64,000 nucleotides of DNA from positions 159,216,001 to 159,280,000 of the forward strand of contig OZ024740.1 of NCBI GenBank assembly GCA_964016885.1, given 5' to 3'. Under the pieces are notes generated by a model. That model worked only from the letters and a program-made list of their open reading frames with translations. It ran no database searches and was not told the DNA's origin. Origin of the DNA: Eledone cirrhosa (taxonomy: Eukaryota). The position numbers and the translations under genes were made by a program. Positions 57,966 through 64,000 of this stretch are shown here, one piece after another (the stretch's first letter is position 1; every line of letters begins with the position of its first letter).

Positions 57966-59047
57966 TTCTTTTTTGTTGTTTTTTAAATTGTTATTATCAT
58001 GAGTGGTTCCTTAATGTGAGCATTGCGTGGCTTAAGAATGAAATTATCAATAACAATAATTGTCTCCACTCCAGGCACAAGGCCAGCAATCACCCAGTGT
58101 ATTACAATAATATAATATACTTTTTGCTGAAGTTGCCTGTTATTGTTGTTGGCTATGTCGGTGGTGGTGCTGGGGCTTTTTATATTGTTGGCGAGGAAGG
58201 GAGGAGCCAGCAGTGCCATAGTTGTTGACGTTTGGCCGGTGGCCAGGTCACTAAGTCAATCTATTTATCTCTTTTGCTAGCCTCTCCCTTGTCTAGTGGT
58301 ACCGCCACCTTCCCCTTTCTTAAGTTAACAGGGGAATAGTGGTGGTAGCAATGAAGGAGTGGTGGCGGCCGTGATGGGGTAGTGGTAGCAATGATGGATG
58401 GAGTGGTGGAGGCGGTGGCGTTGTCGTTACTGAGTTTTGTTGAGTGGACTAGTTTTTTATTTTTTAATATGTAGTAAATATGCGTTTGTGTCGCGTATGT
58501 TTAATATCTGTGTTGAATAGACTAGTTTTGTTTGATCTGTAGTATCTATGCGTTTGTGTCGCGTATGTTTAATATGTGTGTTGAGATATTCCCGTAATAT
58601 TGGAATTAAACATTTTGTTAAAACTTAAGACAATAATAATAGTAATTATTATTATGATGCTGGGATTGGTGGTGGTGGTGCTGAAATTGCCGTTATCTGG
58701 CTGTTATATTTAGTGTACACAGCCGGGTGATGGGGTAGGTGGTGTATCAAGTTTCTGGTGTTGGTGAAGTTGCTGTTATTTGGCTGTTCTATATAGTGTA
58801 GACAGAGGGAGTGTTCTTCCATTTATAACCATTTTCTTTTTTGAATATAAAATATATAATACAAAATTGAATATTTGAGCGATATAACAATATATTATGG
58901 ATCCGAAATTTTATGAGACTTGATTCGGTGGTTTATGCATTATTTGTACTAAGAATTGTTATTTCACAATTGATTTAAATATGTTAAAAATCAAAAACTT
59001 AAGGGAGCGATTTCATGACCTTCTACCACCTCGTGCGTCTTCTTCCC

Positions 59048-59097
<50 letters not shown>

Positions 59098-59098
<1 letters not shown>

Positions 59099-59890
59099 CA
59101 AAAATCCCTGGCCTGACAGTGCTACCGGGGAGCGCTGCCGGTTCGAGATAAGCTCTACAGGCACGGAAGTGCCGTCAGCCAAGCCTGTCCGAGATGCGAA
59201 ACCGTTGTGCACGCACTCGTTCAGTGCCCGAGCATTGCTGACTTGTGGAGCTATGTCGAACAGTTGCTGTCGCGTGTGTGATGGTCCGGTTGTCGACTGA
59301 GTCCATTGTGCAGATGGTCTCGCCGTCTTCCTTCGAGGAGGAAGGGCAGGTGGTTTTCATCTGCCTGGTGGCCATGGCGAAAAAGATTGTGTGGTGGACA
59401 AGGTTAAAAGGGTTAAAGCCAGACACCTTCCACTTCGGCGAATCCCTAATTAACTTTTTCAAGTTTCACTTGAAGAGAAAAATCAGGGTGGAGAGGCAAG
59501 TGCTGCTTTCTAGCAAGTTTGTTGAAAGGTGGGTGAATGTAGCGAGAATGGTCCGAGTGAACGGGACCACTCTGAATATACGTCTGTAGTTTGAGAGATG
59601 GAAAAATTGAGAGAGGGCGCTTGCCCTGGTGGTCAGAGTGGCCGTGGTCTTTTGTGTGGTTTTCGCCACGAGTAACCCTCGGAGGTTTCCCCCCTATTGG
59701 GGAATTTTTCATTGTTTCAATTTTCATTTTTATTGTTTATATATATATACGTTTCTATGTCCTTTTTTTTCTTTCTTATATAAATAATAAAAATATTTAC
59801 ACGCACAAAACCCACATTGTACCGTCCTGTACCGTCCTGTACAGTCTGTAATGTTTTTCTTGATGTCAGCCCTTGTGGCCAATAAAGAAA

Positions 59891-59892
<2 letters not shown>
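59098..59892 (+). mobile_element. 5'-truncated Tx1 flanked by (ATT)n (59048-59097 and 59893-59943)
   Basis: ORF 59245-59589 matches the Tx1 ORF2 C-terminus. Tail is CCCTTGTGGCCAATAAAGAAATC. Confidence 0.93.
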
Positions 59893-59943
<51 letters not shown>

Positions 59944-62900
59944 GAATGCCATGGTTGACGGAGGCTCGGCTCTGTAAGGTATTGTAAATTTTGACCGCTA
60001 TAACAATTGTAAATTGTTTAAAACTTTAACCAAATTGTAGACAAAAACACCCTCCTTCTCGCGAGAGGGGTCTTTCTGCCCGTTATTTGGCCCTTCGGGG
60101 TTAAATAACCGCTTATTGGAGTTTTGTGCCAATATTTATTTTAAACAAAAAAAACATGGCTACGAAAAAGAATTTTCACAAGTCACTCCCACTCATTCCG
60201 TCTTCTTTCTCCTCAATCGTCACTACAGCAGAGAGAAGATTGTCTCTCTCCCTCCCTTCTCTAAATGTGTCTCTCTCCCTTCTCTTTCGCAAGCGACGCC
60301 AGTAAAGAAAAATCACGTGCAAAGCATGGAACATTTCTCCACGACGACGACAACAACGAAAAAGGTGTGCGGTAAATACAAAAACCCATTTCATTCGTCT
60401 GACGTCATGAATAATAGCAGTAGCAGCCGTAATAACAGCAGCAGCAGCAGCAGCAACAGTGACAGAGAAAACAACAGTAGCAGCCGAAACAGCATCAGCA
60501 GCAGCATAAACAACAACAGCATTAGCAGCAACACAACAACAACAGCAGCAGCAGCAGCAGCAACAACAACAACAACCACAGCAACAGCGGCGGCGGCACT
60601 ATTCGTAGTACCTGCAGCAACAACAAAAGTAACAGCAGCTCTGACGACGACAACAACAACAACAACAACAACAGCAGCAAAGAAAAACCAATCTCGTTTG
60701 CAGGTATCGCAAAGAACCTGGAAACCATCCTCATAACAAATGAGGAATTACAGGAAGCGAAGAAGATGGTGACGAAAACCGGACACCGAGCAATCTGCAA
60801 GGCAGCTGAAACATTTTTCGAAACCCAACAGCACTGTACAGTCACGTACCGTACAGTAAGCACAAAATCCCATAGGGTTGAAAGAGCCACAGAGGCTCAA
60901 ATACAAAAAGCCTTAGGGTCTGTGTGGCAGCGGAAAACGCATATCACCCGAGGCAAGAAATATGCCACCGTAGACGTGCTTTTTGCCACACCCCAGGAGG
61001 CAAAGGCTCAATCCTTAGTGACCCTAAGGAGAGAGGAAATGGTGTTGGTGCCCTCCTACTGCGGGCAAAAAATTGACCCACGTCCCCCCCCCCACCGGGA
61101 TGGCCCCTTCTTGGGCTACGTCTGTCCTCGTCGAAATCGAGGACAAAACAACTGTACTGCAAGTACAGAAAAAAGTAAGAGAAGATTGGGTCGGCACCAC
61201 CATTGAGATGTTAATCCAAACCAGCCAGGAGTGCATCGAAGCTACCCCGGATGTGATAGACTTCGATAACGGTACTCAACTACCCATAAGTGTTGAGGGC
61301 AAACGCCCGAAATGCTTTCGCTGTGAATCGAAGACTCACCTCAGGGCCTTCTGCAACGAGAAGACCCTGAGAAAGGAGAAAACCCCCCTCCTTCCGAAAC
61401 CAGCTCCACTGCTACCAGCAACAGGACAAGCGGCAACCAGCAATGATAGGTCCGTGGCACCCATACCTACGCCACGGAAATCAAGAACAGCAGCAGCAGT
61501 GGAAGTATTAACAACAACAACAGTAATACCAACTGCAGCTTCAACAGAGACTCCACTGCAAACATCACCAACAACAACAAGTGAAAGAGTGGAGCTGGTA
61601 CCCCTCCTCGACCTCACAGAATCAGATATGGAGTGTAAGGTGGGAGAGGGATGGCAAAAGGTCGCAAGAAGGCACAAACGCAGAAGCAGCGCATCGTCGC
61701 CTTCGAAAAGGGAAGAAAGAAACGAAAAAAGGGTAAAAGCTACTGCAAAGAGACTCACAGCAGCAACACCACCAACACAATCACCACTCACACTAGCACC
61801 ACCATCACCACCGGCGACAACCCCACCGCCAACAACAGCAACACCTTCAACACTACCACCACAAGCACCAACATCGCAATCACAACAACAAAACACACAC
61901 ACCCAGCAACATCGACAAGAAAATAGAAGAACCACACCCCAGCCCCAGAAAAACAAATGCACGGCAATAAATACACACAACAAGAAACTAATGACTTACA
62001 TAATTGAACACACTGACATTTCACAGCACGACTACATAATACCAGCACCAATCAAAACACCAACGAACATAAGACTGGTAAGAATTACACAGAAACAATA
62101 CACAAACATTAAAACGAAATTCCCCAACGCACTTGGTGATTTCAGAGACCTAGAAGGGACTCTCAACCGGAGAGTATATTCGGACATACTCATAGAAGAG
62201 CCGACAACCAGCCGAAGGGATGATTCAACGGTCCCTTCACCAGACGATCAAGTGAAAAGGGATGGAAAAACCATCCTTCCTCTACGAAAAGTACGGAAAG
62301 TGGTCTTTCCCATCTTTTCCACTCCATTTTAAACATGACCTCACTCAGAATAGGAAGCATAAATGCGCGTGGTCACTAAACATAGATGTAGTGGCCATCA
62401 GCGAGACTAGAATCTCCGAAGCACGGGCCTTCGCACCGATCTTCGGCGGCTACGATGTGTACGCATCTCCCAGCCGTCCTGGATCGGGGGGACGAATTGC
62501 TGTACTTTTACGGAGAGGTTTGGAACTCGCCATACGAGCCATCTTCCTGGATCCAGAGGGTAAGTTGGTGGTGCTGGACGTAACCAGCGGAGACGGGAAA
62601 GCTTTCAGGCTAGTGGCCGTCTATGCCCCGACAGGAGCAGGGCGGCCTTATTTCTTCCGGCGTCTGGAGACCTTTCTTGGAACGTCCCGCTCTTTAGTGT
62701 TTGTGGGCGACTGGAACGGGATCTTAGATGCACGCTGGGACTGTGTGGGATTAGCGGATAGGGGTGGAGGGTGCAAGAGCCTCACCAACCTGCTCAGGCG
62801 TTTTGAACTGTCTGACATGTACCGATTGGATTTCCCGAATGTGCCAATGTGGACTTGGACAAATCGCATAGGGTCATCCAGATCATATCTAGATAGAGTA

Positions 62901-64000
62901 TTTTGTATGGAAATAGATAGGTCTAGCATAGGCTGTCCACAATTCAATATAGTCAGCTACACGGACCACAAATTCGAGATCTGTGTGCTTGACTTAGATA
63001 GGCTTCATAGACGAGGACCCGGCTACTGGAAGCTATGCGTCCTTAACAGCGCGCAAGGCCTACAGGGACCGGATTAGCAAACTAGTTAAGCGAGCGTTGA
63101 CGGGGGCCATTGTCAACAACAAGTGGTGGTTTGCTCTGAAAAGAGCGATTAGAATAGAGTCCATTAGGTTTAGTAAGGCTTTAGCAATAGAGAAAAATAG
63201 AGTAGAGGGAGAACTAGTTAGAAAATTAGACGAGGCGCTTAGCAAAGGCATCGCGACCGACGTGCTTGCGGCGAAATTGGCCCTTGACCAATTCTTCAAT
63301 GCAAAGCACGAAGGCTGCGTTGTCAGAGCTAGGGTGCGTGCTCTCAGACACGAGGGGACGAAAGCCGTTCAATGGGCCCGAGTGGCGGAGGCGCGTCGTG
63401 GCAACAAAGCCACGATCCGGTCTTTGGTGGACCACGATGGGCGCATGCTACTCGATCCCGGGCAAATGTGTGAAGCTTTTCAGCCACACTTCGCTCAGCT
63501 GTTCGGGGGCAGCGGTGGGCCGGGTCGAGGGATGGACTTTAGTGTCTACCTCGACGAACTGCCGCGGCTCTCGGCCACTGAGGCGGAGTGTTGCGAAAAG
63601 CCGATAACAGCCGCTGAAGTACTGGAGGCAATGATTGGCTGCACAGAGGGTAAATCGCCTGGTTTGGATAGTCTGCCCTATGAACTTTACGTACAGATGT
63701 CAGACTTGTTAGGAGGCCTCTTGGCGCACGTCTACTGCAACTGGCAACAGAACGGGAGAATTCCCAGCTCTGTGAGCCGAGGAGCGGTGGCACTGCTGAG
63801 AAAGGATCCGAACAAGGGGGATAACATAGATAATTTCAGGCCCATAACTCTGATAAACACAGAGTTCAAGATTTTGGCCAAGGTGCTAGCAAAGAGGATG
63901 GCGCTTGTCGTTGGTGGTCTGGTGGGAGAGGCGCAGACATACGCCATTCCCGACAGATCCATCCACGACAACCTCCACCTCATGCGATACATCGTAGAGA
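59944..64000 (+). mobile_element. Tx1-clade LINE with intact 5' end, running off the window (ORF1 about 60156-62332, ORF2 from 62335), frameshifted
   Basis: ORF1 zinc knuckle CFRCESKTHLRAFC. ORF2 MTSLRIGSINARG, VVAISET, VYAP, GDWN, SYLDR, TDH and NFRPITL. Confidence 0.93.

Noticed and set aside
59003-59047. CCACCTCGTG resembling an HDV-like ribozyme L3 next to (ATT)n
   Set aside because: P1 and P3 pairings are mismatched, and P4, J4/2 and P2 3' are absent.
61336-61983. Long antisense ORFs over Tx1 (also 12667-13188, 13787-14308 and 16450-17166)
   Set aside because: Shadows of low-complexity or GC-rich sense coding sequence, with no motifs of their own.
63743-64000. Window end nearly matches window start (1-257), suggesting circularity or a segmental duplication
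   Set aside because: Both are copies of the same Tx1 family with different indels.

Overview
Gene-free, repeat-saturated animal genomic DNA. The SINE family and microsatellite load suggest a cephalopod such as Octopus, but this is an inference. I found no host protein-coding gene, rRNA, true tRNA or CRISPR array. Most of the window is retrotransposons stacked into microsatellites: (i) L1/Tx1-clade LINEs, of which five end in or start from (ATT)n and one 960-aa-ORF copy sits inside (AT)n; (ii) R4/Dong-clade restriction-like-endonuclease (RLE) LINEs in the opposite orientation in the same ATT/TAA tracts; (iii) RTE and CR1-group LINE fragments; (iv) Penelope-like elements (PLEs) of Naiad and Neptune type with inverted pseudo-LTRs (pLTRs); (v) many copies of a tRNA-derived SINE; (vi) decayed hAT and Helitron remnants. 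The most interesting signals are non-coding. A near-perfect 422-bp tandem repeat carries a type I hammerhead ribozyme (HHR) in each unit (retrozyme-like). Several hammerheads share a non-Watson-Crick 10.1-11.1 pair. A covarying hairpin/pseudoknot-like motif recurs in PLE tails. The SINE 3' tail resembles the Tx1 3' tail. All alignments and folds were done by eye, and boundaries of old elements are approximate.
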